This document shows positions 61,580 to 64,000 of a stretch of 64,000 nt of DNA, one piece after another. Below the pieces are notes generated by a model. It was given only the letters and a program-made list of their open reading frames with translations. It was not told where the DNA came from and searched no databases. How positions within the stretch are numbered: position 1 is the stretch's first letter; the number at the start of each line of letters is the position of its first letter. This DNA comes from Camelus ferus (taxonomy: Eukaryota): contig NC_045703.1 of NCBI RefSeq assembly GCF_009834535.1, positions 47,120,001-47,184,000 of the forward strand. The letters are read 5' to 3'. The translations under genes and the position numbers were made by a program.

Positions 61580-61720
61580 TTACTAATTAAAGTATGGTCC
61601 ATAGACCAGCAACATTATCCTCTCCTGGGAACATTTTTGGAAATGAAAAACCTCAGAACCATCCCCAAATGCACGTCTTAGCAAGATACTTATGTTATTT
61701 GCATGACTATTGAATTCCAG
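61580..61720. mobile_element. MER5-type fragment
   Basis: 'aaagtatggtccatagaccagcaacattatcctctcctgggaac...ggaaatgaaaaacctcagaaccatcccc'. Confidence 0.55.
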
Positions 61721-64000
61721 GAGAACAATTCTAGGCAATAGAGAAAATGCATTTTAGTTTGGACACTTTGTATCTGCAATGAGTGAATAATATTGAGGAG
61801 CCATGAGCAACAGAATATCTTAAGTAAATACTGCTTGCAAGAGAAAAAAATCAAAAATGAAATATGTAGTTTCTGGCAGTAAATTAAGTAGTATATAACA
61901 AGAGTTTTTATTTAGATATACTATCAAAGAGGAGAGTACATTTTAGCATTATTGAAATACATAAGTAACTTACATTTACTAAACCATGTCTTGCATAGTT
62001 CTAGACTTTGCAAGCACATTTTTTAAATGCCAATACATAAAGATTTACAAACCTTGCCAACAAATTTTGATGGGAAATTTTCCTCTTAAATATCACAGTG
62101 ATTATTTTTCAGTTAGGAAAAAAAACCCCTATCTTCTCTATTGCATCCTATTTGTAATGATTTCCAGTTCATTATAAAATTTAGTTATTACTGTTCAAAT
62201 ATTTTGAAAAGAATAAATCAAAAAAAATTTTTAAAGATAGTACATTTCCAATTCTTTTTATTGACTCAATACCTTCCCTCTCTTGAAGTGTTAGCTGTGA
62301 ATCATTGAATCTCTTCTGGTGGCTTTGCAGTTATGAGGTCAGAATTCTAGAAAGTGTGGTGTCAAAGATTGAAATATCTGACTCATATAAGTTTGCCTCT
62401 GCTCTCAGGAGAGCTGGATGGAGAACTCAGATCCAGGAACTCCAAGAGAAACTAACTGCACAGCCCCAGTGGAACTGCCCTTTTAACTCTCTTCCCTGGG
62501 GGGATATTGAAATATTCTGACTATTTTTAATGTCTCAGGTAGTTTTCAGCTCCTTTTTTTTCCCCCAAAAGAAAGATAACAATTTCATATCAATCTCATG
62601 GTAATTTTGGGCTTCATTCAAGTAAGATAAGGTACTGAAACTTCTGCATATTAAAAATAGAGACATGTGTGGCTAAATTAAATGTTGGCTGATATCCAAA
62701 GGAGGAATGATTGTCTGAATCATAAAAGATTTCTGATGAAATGAGAAGATATTGGGATGGGAGAAAAGTATTTATTTTTGCTTCAATGATTTGTACCAGT
62801 TTGACAAAATCGTTAGTGGAAAAAAAAGAAGAAAAGCCCATGAAAGTGTCACAAATCTTGAAAAAACAATACTAGTGTGGTCAACAAAGAACACAGAATA
62901 AGAAGTCCAGAAAGCTGAGCTCTAATCCTGCTTCTATAATACATTTATAATCCAGGGAAAATCACTTAATCTCTCTGGGCTCAGTTTTCTCATCTGGAAC
63001 TGCCTGTGTAAGTCTGAGCATAAAGGGAGGCATTACTAACTCTGGAAAATGAAGGCGGAATGAATGGTGGAAGGCAGACAGGAGATAGAAGGCTGGATCA
63101 CTCTCTTTCCCTAGGAAGCAAGTCAGGATGACCACATTCTGAAACTGAAAGTACCATGAAAAGTACAGGGGAAATTACATTTCAGGGAAAGAGGAATAAC
63201 TGAGCAGAATTTTTAGTTATTCAAATAGTGTTTTAATGTATGAATAGGATAAAGTACATAGTAAGAAAAGAGAAGAAATATCTCAAGAAATGTTTGGCCC
63301 ACGTAGGGCTGCCAAATTTTTATTTCATCTGTAAGCACCAGCATAAACAATAACCACCATCACAAACATCATCATTCTGTAAAGAGAACACCATTTCAAA
63401 GCAGCTGCACTTTTCCACCTCTACCCTATAGGCTACAGAGTGGGACCAACCTATCAGCAGGCCAGTGAGGATAGGAGAGCCAAAGAAGGTCCGGACAACA
63501 CGGGCCAACCCATCTTTGGGTAGCCAGGCAAGACTAACACTTAAGGTGACTGCTGAGTGGTCACTGTTTAATTGTGATCTGTGCAGTGAACTAAGATTGT
63601 GGGAGAATTAAGCAAACTTTTCCACAAAAAGGAAAAAAATTGTTAATTTGTTCATTGATGTAATATAATGGAGAAGTGAAACAAAAAACATTTCAGTGAG
63701 ACATAGTACACTTACAAAAACACACCCACAAACATATACATATACAACTAAAATTAAATCATCATTGGGCAGTATTTATCCTCAATGTGATTATCTATTT
63801 TCATCTATTCTAGTTTGCTTTTCATTAACAATGTTATTTGCAGCCAGTGGTAAACTAGAACACCTAATGTTCACTTGCAAGAATAGGTTAACTTTTGAGG
63901 AATTTTGAAAGCCAGTTGCTATTACATTCTTAGCTTTAAATCAGCTAAATGAAAATATATATATATATATGTATGCACACACACACACACATATATATAT

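Noticed and set aside
1-64000. CRISPR arrays, rRNA, prokaryotic or phage systems
   Set aside because: I saw no regularly spaced direct repeats or prokaryotic gene organisation. The sequence is mammalian throughout.

Overview
Mammalian genomic window covering the trace amine-associated receptor (TAAR) cluster. The tRNA-derived SINEs and young L1 3' ends suggest a camelid, by inference. There are seven uninterrupted GPCR ORFs: TAAR7-like (+, 3802-4833), TAAR6 (-), a second TAAR7-like (-), TAAR8 (-), TAAR5 (-), TAAR4 (-) and TAAR3 (-). Intergenic DNA is mostly old repeats (ERVL internal, MLT1, ERV1 solo LTRs, L1, MIR, Tigger2, MER20/MER5/MER33), and there is one 137-N gap. The gene family is well known, and I found no new protein-coding system. 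The most unusual structure is the pair of TAAR7 genes, which sit in ~3.1 kb inverted arms. Their central ~2.04 kb is ~99% identical, while both flanks drop abruptly to ~70-80%, which is the pattern expected from gene conversion. The arms enclose TAAR6 and a candidate TAAR enhancer, forming a potentially invertible cassette. An ERVL fossil is continuous next to one arm but split around TAAR8 next to the other. Identities were counted by hand, and repeat subfamily names are from recall rather than a database search.
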